Positions 1-13,630 of a stretch of 64,000 nt of DNA are shown here, one piece after another. The stretch's first letter is position 1, and each line of letters begins with the position of its first letter. The notes under the pieces are model-generated. The model saw nothing but the letters and a program-made list of their open reading frames with translations, searched no databases and had not been told where the DNA came from. The stretch lies in assembly GCF_053078305.1 (NCBI RefSeq), contig NZ_CP166879.1; one strand, 5' to 3'. A program made the position numbers and the translations under genes.

Positions 1-2607
1 GAGCTGGATATCAACGTTAAACCCGAGCTTGCGGGCCAGCGCCACCATGCCACGATTGTTTGGCATCGTAATACCATTCAGACGTTGTAGTCCGTGATCT
101 CGCGTATAGGTAATCAACTTTTCCATTAAGCGTCGACCTAAGCCTAACCCTTTGAGATCCGAGCGAACCAGCACGGCAAATTCGGCATCGATGTTATCAG
201 GGTCGGAGATCGCACGCGTGACGCCGAGGATCTCTTCCGTTTGATCAATACGTCGTACCGCTACAAACGCCATTTCCCGATCGTAGTCGATCTGCGTCAT
301 GTTGGCTAAATCTTCATGGGTAAATTCGTTGATCTCGCTAAAGTAGCGGTAATAAAGATCTTCTTTGGTGACTCGCGAAATGAATTGCTGAAGTTGTGGC
401 TCATCTTCTGGCAAAATCGGGCGGAACAAGCAGCGTTCACCGTTTTTCAATTCTACCCATTCTTCCAGCTGATGCGGATAAGGGCGCACTGCCAGCCGAC
501 TCTCGTTATCGCCTTCAAACGGCGCGATATCCAGCGTGACATCCAGCGCGGTAAATTCACTGCCAGAAGCCAGCAAAGGATGAATATCCAGACGCTGAAT
601 TTCCGGGCAATCGACAATCAAGTTGGAAACCTGCACCAGAAGCTGGCTCAAGCCTGCAACATCCAATGGGCGTAGCGCACTGCGCGCACGAATCTTTTTA
701 CTTTTGATCCCCTGAATAACCAGATAGCGGGCCAGGTTCATATTCAGCGGCGGCAGTGCGACGACGGCTTGATCTTCAGGACGCCACTCCACACCGCCTT
801 CACCCAGCATGATCAACGGCCCAAAAACCGGATCGTGCTCAACCACAACCCGCAACTCCTGAGCGCCAGCACGGTTAGCCATACTTTGCACCAACAGGCC
901 GTGGACCCGCGCCTGCGGCCAGGTCATTTTTACGCGATCGAAAATAGCGTTTGCCGCTTGCTGGACTTCATTGGCTGTACGCAGGTACAGCATGACGCCC
1001 TGAACTTCCGATTTATGTGGAATATCCGGCGAACGCAATTTCAGCGCCACCGGATAACCAATCTGTTCGGCAATATGCACCGCTTCGGTGCTATCACTGG
1101 CAATCCAGGTAGGGAGCGTGTTCATGCCATACGCTTGCAGGATGGGCTGAACTTCATGGGTATCGAGCGACGTAGCCCCTTCGGCAATCGCCTGTTGCAA
1201 TAGAAGATGCGCTTTTGCGGTATTGGAAGTCAGATTGCTGGGCAACGCCGGCGTTTCGCGTAGTTGCTTCTGATTACGCCGGTACTCCACCATATGCATA
1301 AAAGCAGTGATGGTTCCTTCCGGGGTACGGTAGGTCGGCAGCCCGGCTTCGCTGAATAAACGTCGTGCCTCTTGCGAGGAGTGCTCGCCGCACCAGTTCG
1401 TCAGCAGAGAAACATACTTGCTGCGGGGATGATGCTTTACCGCTTCAATTAATGCTTGCGCACTTTCTGTTGCGGGAGCAGCGGCGCTGGGCGAATGAAT
1501 AACCATCAGCGCATCAAAATCCTGGCTATGGAGCAGAATGTCCAGCGTTTTGACATAATGCTCGCTGCTGGCGTCATCGCGCAGATCGAGCGGGTTAGAG
1601 ATTGCCACATGTCCTGGCAGTGCATCACGCAGTTTCTGGCAGGTTTCTTCGCTTAGTGTTGCCAGCTTGCCATTGCGTGACCATAAGGCATCCAGCGCCA
1701 GCGCGGCAGGCGCAGCACCGTTGCTGATAATCATCAACCGGTCGCCACGCAGCGGGCGCATATGGCTAAGGGTTTCTACCGCCGAAAACAGTTCGTGGGT
1801 GTCCTGTACCCGCAACAAACCGGCACGCTGAATAGCCGCATCCCATGCCGGGTCCATTCCTGCCGTCGTGTTGAGCAGTCGCTGTGCCGCCGGGCTACGT
1901 CCGCTTTTAATCACCAGAATCGGTTTATTACGCGAGGCACTACGGGCCGCCGAAACAAAGCGTCGCGCGTCGCTTAACTGTTCGAGATAGAGCAGGATGG
2001 CGCTGGTTTTACTGTCGCGTGCCAGATAGTCAAGCAATTCATCAACGTCGATATCCAGGCTGTCGCCGAGCGCAATAAAGTAGGAAAAGCCCATCTCACG
2101 CTGTTGCGCCCAGTCGAGGATGGTGTTGGAGACGGCAGCCGATTGTGAAATAAACGCCAGCTTGCCGCGTTTAATAGGTACCGGCGAAAAGCTGGCATTC
2201 AGACCTTGCCAGGGAGCCAGTAAACCCAGACTGTTTGGTCCAAGCAGGCGCATGTTATGGCGCAGGGCGCAGGCGCGGAGATCTTCGTGTTGCGATGCCG
2301 GGGCGGAAAGAATAATGCAGGTTTTACAGCCTTTCTCGCCGAGCTCTTCCAGAAGAGCAAGATTACGGCTGGCATTGGTACATAAAACCGCAAGGTCGGG
2401 TGTAAAGGGCAAGCTGGCAATATCCGGCCAGGCCAACACACCCAACACCGCTTTCCAGGCTGGCGTCACCGGGAGTACCGGTCCGTTAAAGCCTCCCGCC
2501 AGCAGGTTACGCATCATCAGGTAACCTGCGCGATTGGGTTTCATCGACGCGCCAATTACCGCTATCGATTTTGGTCGCAGTAGTGCTTCCAGTCCTCGCT
2601 GACTCAT
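1..2607 (-). CDS. patZ: Protein lysine acetyltransferase Pka/PatZ (YfiQ); 3' end runs off window start
   Basis: Minus-strand translation from ATG at 2607..2605 reads MSQRGLEALLRPKSIAVIGAS... and continues open to position 1 with a GNAT-like C-terminal region; absent from ORF track because its stop lies outside the window. Confidence 0.85.
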   Translation of the reverse strand, partial: MSQRGLEALLRPKSIAVIGASMKPNRAGYLMMRNLLAGGFNGPVLPVTPAWKAVLGVLAWPDIASLPFTPDLAVLCTNASRNLALLEELGEKGCKTCIILSAPASQHEDLRACALRHNMRLLGPNSLGLLAPWQGLNASFSPVPIKRGKLAFISQSAAVSNTILDWAQQREMGFSYFIALGDSLDIDVDELLDYLARDSKTSAILLYLEQLSDARRFVSAARSASRNKPILVIKSGRSPAAQRLLNTTAGMDPAWDAAIQRAGLLRVQDTHELFSAVETLSHMRPLRGDRLMIISNGAAPAALALDALWSRNGKLATLSEETCQKLRDALPGHVAISNPLDLRDDASSEHYVKTLDILLHSQDFDALMVIHSPSAAAPATESAQALIEAVKHHPRSKYVSLLTNWCGEHSSQEARRLFSEAGLPTYRTPEGTITAFMHMVEYRRNQKQLRETPALPSNLTSNTAKAHLLLQQAIAEGATSLDTHEVQPILQAYGMNTLPTWIASDSTEAVHIAEQIGYPVALKLRSPDIPHKSEVQGVMLYLRTANEVQQAANAIFDRVKMTWPQARVHGLLVQSMANRAGAQELRVVVEHDPVFGPLIMLGEGGVEWRPEDQAVVALPPLNMNLARYLVIQGIKSKKIRARSALRPLDVAGLSQLLVQVSNLIVDCPEIQRLDIHPLLASGSEFTALDVTLDIAPFEGDNESRLAVRPYPHQLEEWVELKNGERCLFRPILPEDEPQLQQFISRVTKEDLYYRYFSEINEFTHEDLANMTQIDYDREMAFVAVRRIDQTEEILGVTRAISDPDNIDAEFAVLVRSDLKGLGLGRRLMEKLITYTRDHGLQRLNGITMPNNRGMVALARKLGFNVDIQL

Positions 2608-2638
2608 ACCGGTCTCCCGCAGAAGTGACCGAATGATT

Positions 2639-3337
2639 TTAAACGCTTTCTAACTGTTCTGCTGTGATGCTACCCAGATGTTGCGTTTTTCCTGCCAGAT
2701 AGCGTGTTTTAAAGCGGGTAAAATGCTCGCCTAACCCTGCTGCCGCCCCGGTATCGCCGGCCATATCTAACAGTGCGATGGCTACCTCGGCAGTACAATA
2801 TTGGCCTTCAGCCTGGGCTTCACGCAGGCGATAGGCAGAAAGCCGGGAAAGATCGACGGAAATGACGGGAAGATTATCCAGATACGGACTTTTACGAAAC
2901 ATCTTGCGAGCTTCCGGCCAGGTACCATCGAGCATGATAAACAGCGGTGGCTTACCGGCAGGTGGTGTGAAGATCACTTCCCGTTGCTCATCAGCATACG
3001 AGGCGGGAAAGACCACCATTGGCTGATAATCCGGGTTTTGTACCAGATCCAGCAAATCCTGCGAGGGTTCGGTACGCGACCATTGAAACGCAACGGTATC
3101 AGGCAAAATATCAGCAATCAGACGCCCGGTATTACTGGGCTTCATTGGCTCGGTGTCGAACATCAGCAAACAGAAGCGACTTTTTGCTTCCGCTGGCGTG
3201 ATTGTTGAACAGAGACATAATTTCTCTGGCAAAAGACAGCGTTGGCAGCGACGAACGCGATTACCGCGGGCAAGAAAAGGACGTGTTGCGCGCGCAATAC
3301 GTTCGGCGCGTAACTGGAGAACAGCGTTTTCGGTCAT
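2639..3337 (-). CDS. yfiP: DTW-domain tRNA-uridine aminocarboxypropyltransferase (YfiP/TapT)
   Basis: ORF 2639..3388 contains MTENAVLQLRAERIA... and a DGTW motif; start chosen at internal Met to give 232 aa as in K-12. Confidence 0.8.
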   Translation of the reverse strand: MTENAVLQLRAERIARATRPFLARGNRVRRCQRCLLPEKLCLCSTITPAEAKSRFCLLMFDTEPMKPSNTGRLIADILPDTVAFQWSRTEPSQDLLDLVQNPDYQPMVVFPASYADEQREVIFTPPAGKPPLFIMLDGTWPEARKMFRKSPYLDNLPVISVDLSRLSAYRLREAQAEGQYCTAEVAIALLDMAGDTGAAAGLGEHFTRFKTRYLAGKTQHLGSITAEQLESV

Positions 3338-3405
3338 AAGAGAGCGTCGAAAAAACGCCATTGTCGCAGAGGAGAAAACGGGGCACAAGATGCGCCCCGG
3401 TAAGA

Positions 3406-3825
3406 TTAAAGAGATTCGTTCAACCAGCTGTCGAACGGCGCTTTCGGCACTGCGCCATTAAGCATGTCGACAACCTGACCGTTTTTGAAAATCATGATCG
3501 TCGGAATACTGCGAATACCAAAGCGGCTGCTTAATTCACGTTCAGCTTCGGTATTCACTTTCACAAAGCGCACTTTACCGCTACGCTCTTGCGCGACATC
3601 TTCAAAAATTGGTGCGAAATTACGGCAGGGGCCGCACCACGGTGCCCAGAAGTCGATCACCACTGGTAGATCATCTTTCAGCAATTTGTCGAGCGTTTCA
3701 CCGGTCGCATTAATCACCTCTCCGTCAAACAAGTCGTGACCGCAGCGTCCGCATTTTGCCGCATCTTCGATCCGATCGTCGGGAATGCGATTGATGGCCT
3801 GACAATGGGTACAAACGGTATTCAT
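3406..3825 (-). CDS. trxC: Thioredoxin 2
   Basis: 139 aa with N-terminal CxxC...CxxC zinc finger and WCGPC active site. Confidence 0.92.
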
Positions 3826-4031
3826 AACTAACCTCGGGATGAGTAAGGAGACTTATCGGCAACGACGCCGGTATGTTTCTAATATGTTACATATTATCGG
3901 GGACATTGTTCTAGACAACAATCTGTTTTATTCAATAGGTATGATAGTCGCAGGCTTTGGTACGAAATCATGGCGAACCGCGCGGACTTCGGGTAATCTG
4001 CGCGCTTCGCGCAGCGCTGGTGGAGAAAAGC

Positions 4032-5069
4032 ATGAACGATGAAATGAAAGGTAAAAGCGGCAAGGTCAAAGTGATGTATGTCCGCAGTGATGATGATTCT
4101 GATAAACGTACCCACAACCCGCGTACCGGGAAAGGGGGCGGGCGTCCAGGAAAATCTCGTGCTGACGGTGGCCGTCGCCCCGCCCGCGATGACAAACAGA
4201 GTCAGCCCCGTGACCGCAAGTGGGAAGAGTCGCCGTGGCGCACGGTTTCCCGCGCGCCGGGTGATGAGACGCCGGAAAAGGCCGATCACGGTGGTATCAG
4301 TGGTAAAAGTTTTATTGATCCGGAAGTGTTGCGTCGTCAGCGTGCGGAAGAAACCCGCGTCTACGGCGAAAATGCATGTCAGGCACTGTTCCAGAGCCGT
4401 CCGGAAGCGATTGTTCGCGCCTGGTTTATCCAGAGCGTAACGCCACGTTTTAAAGAAGCCTTGCGCTGGATGGCGGCAAACCGCAAAGCGTACCATGTGG
4501 TGGATGAAGCGGAATTGACAAAAGCGTCAGGCACGGAACATCACGGCGGCGTTTGCTTCCTGATCAAAAAGCGTAATGGCACAACCGTGCAGCAGTGGGT
4601 AAGCCAGGCAGGTGCGCAGGATTGCGTTCTGGCACTGGAAAACGAATCTAACCCGCATAACCTGGGTGGCATGATGCGCAGCTGCGCGCACTTCGGCGTG
4701 AAAGGCGTTGTGGTGCAGGATGCGGCACTGCTGGAGTCGGGTGCGGCTATCCGTACCGCAGAAGGCGGCGCAGAACACGTTCAGCCGATTACTGGCGACA
4801 ACATTGTTAACGTGCTGGATGATTTCCGTCAGGCGGGTTACACCGTAGTGACAACTTCCAGCGAGCAGGGTAAACCGCTGTTCAAAACCAGCCTGCCAGC
4901 GAAAATGGTACTGGTGCTGGGTCAGGAATATGAAGGGTTACCGGATGCCGCACGCGATCCGAACGATCTGCGCGTGAAGATTGACGGTACGGGCAACGTT
5001 GCCGGGCTGAATATCTCTGTTGCAACAGGCGTTTTGCTTGGTGAATGGTGGCGTCAGAATAAAGCCTGA
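4032..5069 (+). CDS. yfiF: SpoU/TrmH-family RNA methyltransferase YfiF
   Basis: ORF 3957..5069; internal start [17 protein letters not shown] gives 345 aa; basic N-terminal region then SpoU-type methylase domain. Confidence 0.8.
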   Translation: MNDEMKGKSGKVKVMYVRSDDDSDKRTHNPRTGKGGGRPGKSRADGGRRPARDDKQSQPRDRKWEESPWRTVSRAPGDETPEKADHGGISGKSFIDPEVLRRQRAEETRVYGENACQALFQSRPEAIVRAWFIQSVTPRFKEALRWMAANRKAYHVVDEAELTKASGTEHHGGVCFLIKKRNGTTVQQWVSQAGAQDCVLALENESNPHNLGGMMRSCAHFGVKGVVVQDAALLESGAAIRTAEGGAEHVQPITGDNIVNVLDDFRQAGYTVVTTSSEQGKPLFKTSLPAKMVLVLGQEYEGLPDAARDPNDLRVKIDGTGNVAGLNISVATGVLLGEWWRQNKA

Positions 5070-5116
5070 TAAATCAGCCGGGTGGCAACTCTGCCATCCG
5101 GCATTTTCCCGCAAAT

Positions 5117-5806
5117 TTACTCACTCTCTGCCGGTAATACTGGCATCCAGTCAATCGGCGTCTCGCCATGTTGTTCCAGCCACTGATTTGCCAGCACAAA
5201 ATGGTTACAGCCAAAGAATCCACGATGCGCAGAAAGCGGTGACGGATGCGGTGCTTTCAGTACGTGATGGCGTTGCTTATCTATAATCGCCCCTTTCTTT
5301 TGCGCATGCGATCCCCACAACAAAAACACCACGCCTTCGCGATGCTGGTTAATCAGGCTGATTACTTTATCGGTGAAGGTTTCCCAGCCGAGGCTGGCGT
5401 GGGAATGCGCCTGACCTGCGCGTACCGTCAACACAGTATTGAGTAGCAGAACGCCCTGACGCGCCCAGCTTTCAAGATAACCATGATTAGGGCGGGTGAA
5501 GCCCGGAATAGTATTTTCCAGCTCTTTATACATATTCAGCAGTGACGGAGGAGTGGCGATTCCGGGGCGAACGGAAAATGCCAGCCCATGCGCCTGTCCC
5601 GGTCCGTGATAAGGATCCTGGCCGAGAATCACCACTTTAACGTCACCCAACTCGGTAAAGCGGAACGCGTTAAAGACATCTTTTTGTGGTGGATAGATAG
5701 TGACGCCGGACTGCCGCTCGCTGGCGACGGTCTGAAGGGTATTAAGAAAATAGGGTTGCTGCTTCTCTTCAGCCAGCACGTCATGCCAGGTTAATTCGTT
5801 AGCCAT
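5117..5806 (-). CDS. ung: Uracil-DNA glycosylase
   Basis: 229 aa, [11 protein letters not shown]..., [18 protein letters not shown] motif. Confidence 0.95.
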   Translation of the reverse strand: MANELTWHDVLAEEKQQPYFLNTLQTVASERQSGVTIYPPQKDVFNAFRFTELGDVKVVILGQDPYHGPGQAHGLAFSVRPGIATPPSLLNMYKELENTIPGFTRPNHGYLESWARQGVLLLNTVLTVRAGQAHSHASLGWETFTDKVISLINQHREGVVFLLWGSHAQKKGAIIDKQRHHVLKAPHPSPLSAHRGFFGCNHFVLANQWLEQHGETPIDWMPVLPAESE

Positions 5807-5935
5807 CTCGCTCTCCTGCGAATCTTCAATCCGCCTAGCTTAACTGCTTCTTTCTACAGAACAAAATCATGCTCATTTTTTAGACTTAAACGAGTGCAAA
5901 AAAATGTAAATTGGTAAAATTTCACACCCGCATAA

Positions 5936-6003
5936 GTTGATGTAAAACAATAAAATCCATTTGCGACCACAATCGATGTGTGGTTTTTGTTGATTTAAAT
6001 CAA
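5936..6003 (+). promoter_or_regulatory. grcA promoter region with two FNR-type sites (TTGAT-N4-ATCAA at 5990..6003; weaker TTGAT-N4-AACAA at 5936..5949)
   Basis: Exact match to the FNR consensus at 5990..6003 upstream of grcA; grcA is a known FNR-activated gene. Confidence 0.5.
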
Positions 6004-6110
6004 AGAATCAAGGGGGTTTGAGGAGTATATATACACTCAAGCAACAATGGTTTTACCAATTGGCCGCGACAGGCTGAACAAATCAAATAATTTTGCCGGG
6101 GAGGCATCAC

Positions 6111-6494
6111 ATGATTACAGGTATCCAGATTACTAAAGCCGCTAACGACGATCTGCTGAACTCTTTCTGGCTGCTGGACAGCGAAAAAGGCGAAGCACGT
6201 TGCATCGTTGCGAAAGCAGGTTTTGCAGAAGACGAAGTGGTTGCAGTAAGCAAACTGGGTGACATTGAGTACCGTGAAGTTCCAGTAGAAGTGAAACCAG
6301 AAGTTCGCGTTGAAGGTGGTCAGCACCTGAACGTTAACGTTCTGCGTCGTGAAACTCTGGAAGATGCAGTTAAGCATCCGGAAAAATATCCGCAGCTGAC
6401 CATCCGTGTATCCGGTTATGCAGTTCGCTTTAACTCTCTGACTCCGGAACAGCAGCGCGACGTTATCGCTCGTACCTTTACTGAAAGCCTGTAA
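6111..6494 (+). CDS. grcA: Autonomous glycyl radical cofactor GrcA (YfiD)
   Basis: [20 protein letters not shown]... 127 aa with C-terminal glycyl-radical motif RVSGYAV. Confidence 0.92.
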
Positions 6495-6516
6495 GGCTTA
6501 AGTAGCAAGTTACTAA

Positions 6517-6547
6517 GCGGAAGAGGGCGACCTCTTCCGCTTTTTTT
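6517..6547 (+). terminator. Rho-independent terminator after grcA
   Basis: Hairpin gcggaagagg-gcga-cctcttccgc followed by a run of seven T. Confidence 0.7.
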
Positions 6548-6549
6548 CA

Positions 6550-7137
6550 TTAATAGAAAATGCGTACCGCGCAATAGATCAGTAGCAGCGCCAGCACGAT
6601 ATTTAACTGGCGACCATACTGGCGAAACAATCGCTGAAACAGATGCCCCGCCAGCGCCCAGCACACATTACCAAACGTCCCAATCATTGCCAGCAAAACG
6701 CTGACGCCAACTACCCAGCTTAACGCCTGTGTTTGCGGCAGAACAAATGTCGACAGTGCCGTAACACCGTACAAAATGATTTTGACGTTCACAAACTGCA
6801 AAGCAAAGCTGGCCCAAAAACTGATTGGTTTTGTCTGAAGCCCGTCTTCCTTTGTTGGACTGGTAGCGATTTTCCACGCCAGCCAGACAATATATGCCGC
6901 CCCCGCCCAACTCAACAGATGCACAGCTGCCGGGTCGATAACAGCCAGTGAAAACGAAATGCCCGCACACAGCAACATGACGATTAAAAATCCCAGACTC
7001 ATCCCTGCCAGCACGCGGGTACTCTGATGAAATCCGTGCGTTGTGGCTGAGCTAAGGGCGAGAATATTGTTCGGTCCTGGCGTCATGGCGGTAATCAGGG
7101 TGTAAGTCCAAAAAGCACTTAAAAGGGTCGGTGTCAC
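6550..7137 (-). CDS. eamB: Cysteine/O-acetylserine exporter EamB (YfiK), LysE/RhtB family
   Basis: 195 aa multi-pass membrane protein MTPTLLSAFWTYTLITAMTPGPNN... typical RhtB-family N-terminus. Confidence 0.85.
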   Translation of the reverse strand: MTPTLLSAFWTYTLITAMTPGPNNILALSSATTHGFHQSTRVLAGMSLGFLIVMLLCAGISFSLAVIDPAAVHLLSWAGAAYIVWLAWKIATSPTKEDGLQTKPISFWASFALQFVNVKIILYGVTALSTFVLPQTQALSWVVGVSVLLAMIGTFGNVCWALAGHLFQRLFRQYGRQLNIVLALLLIYCAVRIFY

Positions 7138-7239
7138 TTGTTATCTCCTCTGTTTTGGTAGACAGTACCCGACACGGAATATTTAAAAAAATGAATGTTT
7201 TTACATTCTAAATTCGATATTTTCGATAGGTTTGGGGTT

Positions 7240-8121
7240 ATGGATCTGCGCCGTTTTATTACGCTTAAAACCGTGGTGGAAGAGGGTTCCTTTTTGCGAG
7301 CTTCGCAAAAATTGTGCTGTACACAATCGACGGTGACTTTTCATATTCAGCAGCTTGAGCAGGAGTTCTCAGTCCAGTTATTTGAGAAAATTGGCCGACG
7401 GATGTGCCTCACTCGCGAAGGTAAAAAGCTGCTGCCGCACATTTATGAACTCACCAGAGTGATGGATACCCTTCGTGAGGCTGCCAAAAAGGAGTCGGAT
7501 CCAGACGGGGAACTACGCGTTGTTTCGGGCGAAACGTTGCTCTCTTACCGAATGCCGCAGGTGTTGCAGCGTTTTCGGCAACGCGCCCCAAAAGTGCGTT
7601 TATCGTTGCAGTCTCTGAACTGTTACGTGATCCGTGATGCGCTATTGAATGATGAGGCCGATGTCGGGGTTTTTTATCGCGTAGGGAATGATGATGCCCT
7701 GAACCGACGAGAATTGGGTGATCAATCGCTGGTGCTGGTAGCTTCACCGCAAATTGCAGATGTCGATTTTACTGAGCCGGGAAGACATAACGCCTGTAGC
7801 TTTATTATCAACGAACCGCAATGTGTATTCCGGCAGATATTTGAGAGCACGCTGCGCCAGCGGCGGATCACGGTGGAAAATACCATTGAGCTGTTAAGCA
7901 TTGAAAGTATCAAACGTTGTGTCGCGGCGAATATCGGTGTCAGTTACTTGCCCCGCTTTGCGGTGGAAAAAGAGCTTGAGAGCGGAGAATTAATTGAATT
8001 GCCTTTTGGCGAACACTCGCAGACCATTACGGCAATGTGCGCTCACCATGCCGGAAAAGCGGTTAGCCCGGCGATGCACACTTTTATTCAGTGTGTTGAA
8101 GATTGTTTTTTGCCGGGATAA
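7240..8121 (+). CDS. yfiE: LysR-family transcriptional regulator YfiE
   Basis: MDLRRFITLKTVVEEGSF... HTH plus LysR substrate-binding domain; 293 aa from internal Met of ORF 7195..8121. Confidence 0.8.
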   Translation: MDLRRFITLKTVVEEGSFLRASQKLCCTQSTVTFHIQQLEQEFSVQLFEKIGRRMCLTREGKKLLPHIYELTRVMDTLREAAKKESDPDGELRVVSGETLLSYRMPQVLQRFRQRAPKVRLSLQSLNCYVIRDALLNDEADVGVFYRVGNDDALNRRELGDQSLVLVASPQIADVDFTEPGRHNACSFIINEPQCVFRQIFESTLRQRRITVENTIELLSIESIKRCVAANIGVSYLPRFAVEKELESGELIELPFGEHSQTITAMCAHHAGKAVSPAMHTFIQCVEDCFLPG

Positions 8122-8123
8122 AA

Positions 8124-8150
8124 ATAATGCCGGGCTTAAACCCGGCATTG
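8124..8150 (-). terminator. Hairpin terminator between convergent yfiE and srmB
   Basis: aatgccgggc-ttaaa-cccggcatt palindrome; U-rich tract follows on the minus-strand transcript. Confidence 0.55.
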
Positions 8151-8153
8151 AGA

Positions 8154-9488
8154 TTACTCTTCTGTCGTTTGCGGTGGCACGCCCGTTCCGCTTGGTTTAC
8201 GGCGCTTACCAATATTTTTGGTATCGCGATGGCGTTTTTTCACCCGCGGCTTCTCTTTCTCTTTAGCTTTTTTCTTCTCGGCGCGTTTTGCCAGTACTTT
8301 CTTCGATGGCTTGCCGGTCTGCTTCTCGCTTGGTGCACGCGTTTTCGGGCGTAACTCATCAATTACGCGAGCTTTAATTGGCTCTTCAATATAGCGACCA
8401 ACTTTGCCCAGCAGCAGATGGTCATGGGCTTCTACCAGCGAAATTGCGGTGCCTTTACGACCGGCGCGCGCGGTACGTCCGATACGGTGCAAATAAGTAT
8501 CGCCACTGCGCGGCATATCGAAGTTAAAGACGTGGCTGACGTCAGGAATGTCGATACCGCGCGCAGCAACATCGGTTGCAACCAGTACGTTTACGCGACC
8601 TTCGGTCAAACGCTTGATCGCTTCGTTACGCTTGCCTTGTACCATCTCACCTTCGAGATAGCAGTTGTTGATGCCCGCTTCGCGCAGCCAGTTTGCCAGC
8701 TCATGCACACGCTCACGCTTACGCACAAACACAATTGAGCGGGTCGCTTCCGGCTGTTTTAACAGATGCACCAGCAATGCGGTTTTATGTTCCAGGTCAT
8801 CGGCGCGGTAATACCACTGATGAATTTTTTTGCGCTCACGGGTGGACGGATTGGCAGAAACCTCCACCGGATCTTCCAGCAGACGCTCGGCAAAGTCCTG
8901 AATCGCATCGCCTTCCAGAGTTGCCGAAAAGAGCAGGGTCTGTTTACGCCAGCGCGTTTCGCCAGCAATATGTTCGATATCCTGAGCGAAGCCCATATCC
9001 AGCATACGGTCTGCTTCGTCGAGGATCAGCGTTTCAACCGCGCGGCAATCGAAGTTCTCTTCTTTTATGTATTGCAGCAGACGTCCGGTCGTGGCGACCA
9101 CGATGTCCTGATTTTCGCTGAACACTTCCGCGTGGTTCATATAGGCTACGCCGCCGGTGATGGTGGCGATATCCAGATGCGTATGTTTCGCCAGTTCGCG
9201 GGCATGATCGGCCACCTGCATCGCCAGCTCGCGAGTTGGGGTGAGGATCAAAATACGCGGCGGACCGGATTTCTTACGCGGGAAATCGAGCAGGTGCTGC
9301 AACGCTGGCAGCAGATACGCCGCCGTTTTACCGGTGCCTGTCGGCGCAGAACCGAGTACATCACGGCCATCGAGCGCAGGCGGAATGGCGGCAGCCTGAA
9401 TGGCGGTCGGGCGAGTGAAACCTTTATCCTGGAGGGCTTCCAGCAGGCTTTCGTCGAGTTCAAGTTCGGAAAAAGTCGTTACAGTCAT
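8154..9488 (-). CDS. srmB: DEAD-box ATP-dependent RNA helicase SrmB
   Basis: 444 aa, [11 protein letters not shown]alker A, DEAD motif (LILDEADRM), basic C-terminal tail. Confidence 0.95.
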   Translation of the reverse strand: MTVTTFSELELDESLLEALQDKGFTRPTAIQAAAIPPALDGRDVLGSAPTGTGKTAAYLLPALQHLLDFPRKKSGPPRILILTPTRELAMQVADHARELAKHTHLDIATITGGVAYMNHAEVFSENQDIVVATTGRLLQYIKEENFDCRAVETLILDEADRMLDMGFAQDIEHIAGETRWRKQTLLFSATLEGDAIQDFAERLLEDPVEVSANPSTRERKKIHQWYYRADDLEHKTALLVHLLKQPEATRSIVFVRKRERVHELANWLREAGINNCYLEGEMVQGKRNEAIKRLTEGRVNVLVATDVAARGIDIPDVSHVFNFDMPRSGDTYLHRIGRTARAGRKGTAISLVEAHDHLLLGKVGRYIEEPIKARVIDELRPKTRAPSEKQTGKPSKKVLAKRAEKKKAKEKEKPRVKKRHRDTKNIGKRRKPSGTGVPPQTTEE

Positions 9489-9619
9489 GTTCTACCTCTG
9501 TGTGGGGCGCTGATTATAGACGTTACGGCTGCAATCTTCATCTGTTTGTATGGATATCGCTTCTCGGGTATTGTTCTCACCCGGTGCTATCGCCGTTTTT
9601 CCTGCAAGGTTTTATTTTC

Positions 9620-11973
<2,354 letters not shown>

Positions 11974-12261
11974 TTAATTTACTAAACACGGTTTGGTCAG
12001 CATAGCATCATGTTGTGCGAATAAACACCTGCTATTTTAATATTTGTTACAGTGGCTAAACACGCTGACGCAGGGCGGCGAGAAAAAGAGAAGTTACTGG
12101 CTGGTGGAGGATTAGGTGGTGAAATAAAAAGGCCGTTGGGTTACTCTTCAGGCAGTTAAATGGGCATTTCTACACAGATAATGCGATGTTCAGATTCTGT
12201 AGACTTATAATGATAGATAATGATCCGTCTACAGCATGACAAACAAAAACAGATGCGTTAC

Positions 12262-12289
12262 GGAACTTTACAAAAACGAGACACTCTAA
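12262..12289 (+). promoter_or_regulatory. Sigma-E-dependent rpoE promoter
   Basis: GGAACTT (12262..12268) and TCTAA (12285..12289) match the sigma-E -35/-10 consensus upstream of rpoE. Confidence 0.6.
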
Positions 12290-12371
12290 CCCTTTGCTTG
12301 CTCAAATTGCAGCTAATGGAGTGGCGTTTCGATAGCGCGTGGAAATTTGGTTTGGGGAGACTTTACCTCGG

Positions 12372-12947
12372 ATGAGCGAGCAGTTAACGGACCAGGTCCT
12401 GGTTGAACGGGTCCAGAAGGGAGATCAGAAAGCCTTTAACTTACTGGTAGTGCGCTATCAGCATAAAGTGGCGAGTCTGGTTTCCCGCTATGTGCCGTCG
12501 GGTGATGTTCCCGATGTGGTACAAGAAGCTTTTATTAAAGCCTATCGTGCGCTGGATTCGTTCCGGGGAGATAGCGCTTTTTATACATGGCTGTATCGGA
12601 TTGCTGTAAATACAGCGAAAAATTACCTGGTTGCTCAGGGGCGTCGTCCACCTTCCAGTGATGTGGATGCCATTGAAGCTGAAAACTTCGAAAGTGGCGG
12701 CGCGTTGAAAGAAATTTCGAACCCTGAGAACTTAATGTTGTCAGAAGAACTGAGACAGATAGTTTTCCGAACTATTGAGTCCCTCCCGGAAGATTTACGC
12801 ATGGCAATAACCTTGCGGGAGCTGGATGGCCTGAGCTATGAAGAGATAGCCGCTATCATGGATTGTCCGGTAGGTACGGTGCGTTCACGTATCTTCCGAG
12901 CGAGGGAAGCTATTGATAACAAAGTTCAACCGCTTATCAGGCGTTGA
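12372..12947 (+). CDS. rpoE: RNA polymerase sigma-E factor
   Basis: MSEQLTDQVLVERVQKGDQKAFNLLVVRYQHKV...; 191 aa from internal Met of ORF 12339..12947. Confidence 0.95.
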   Translation: MSEQLTDQVLVERVQKGDQKAFNLLVVRYQHKVASLVSRYVPSGDVPDVVQEAFIKAYRALDSFRGDSAFYTWLYRIAVNTAKNYLVAQGRRPPSSDVDAIEAENFESGGALKEISNPENLMLSEELRQIVFRTIESLPEDLRMAITLRELDGLSYEEIAAIMDCPVGTVRSRIFRAREAIDNKVQPLIRR

Positions 12948-12979
12948 CGATAGCGGGATACTGGATAAGGGTATTAGGC

Positions 12980-13630
12980 ATGCAGAAAGAACAACTTTCC
13001 GCTTTAATGGATGGCGAAACGCTGGATAGTGAGCTGCTTAACGAACTGGCTCATAACCCAGAAATGCAGAAAACCTGGGAAAGCTATCACTTAATCCGTG
13101 ACTCAATGCGGGGTGATACTCCCGAGGTGCTCCATTTCGATATCTCTTCACGCGTGATGGCCGCCATTGAAGAAGAGCCAGTACGTCAACCGGCGACATT
13201 GATCCCGGAAGCCCAGCCTGCGCCGCATCAATGGCAGAAAATGCCATTCTGGCAGAAAGTACGTCCGTGGGCGGCACAGCTTACCCAAATGGGCGTAGCC
13301 GCATGCGTATCGCTTGCAGTTATCGTTGGCGTCCAGCACTATAATGGACAATCTGAAACGTCCCAGCAGCCCGAAACACCGGTATTTAATACACTGCCGA
13401 TGATGGGTAAAGCCAGCCCGGTTAGCCTGGGAGTACCTTCTGAAGCGACCGCAAATAATGGTCAACAGCAGCAGGTACAGGAGCAGCGTCGTCGCATTAA
13501 TGCAATGTTGCAGGATTACGAACTGCAACGCCGACTCCACTCTGAACAGCTTCAGTTTGAGCAGGCGCAAACCCAGCAAGCCGCTGTACAGGTGCCAGGA
13601 ATTCAAACTTTAGGAACGCAATCGCAGTAA
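12980..13630 (+). CDS. rseA: Anti-sigma-E factor RseA
   Basis: MQKEQLSALMDGETLDSELLNELAHNPEMQKTWESYHLIRD...; single TM segment; 216 aa. Confidence 0.9.
   Translation: MQKEQLSALMDGETLDSELLNELAHNPEMQKTWESYHLIRDSMRGDTPEVLHFDISSRVMAAIEEEPVRQPATLIPEAQPAPHQWQKMPFWQKVRPWAAQLTQMGVAACVSLAVIVGVQHYNGQSETSQQPETPVFNTLPMMGKASPVSLGVPSEATANNGQQQQVQEQRRRINAMLQDYELQRRLHSEQLQFEQAQTQQAAVQVPGIQTLGTQSQ

Noticed and set aside
316-1977. Plus-strand ORFs 316..675, 769..1203, 1456..1656, 1762..1977
   Set aside because: They lie antisense within the pka/patZ coding region, whose minus-strand frame is continuous and matches a known protein; judged spurious
3894-4496. 200-aa minus-strand ORF
   Set aside because: Antisense to yfiF, which matches the K-12 protein length and sequence
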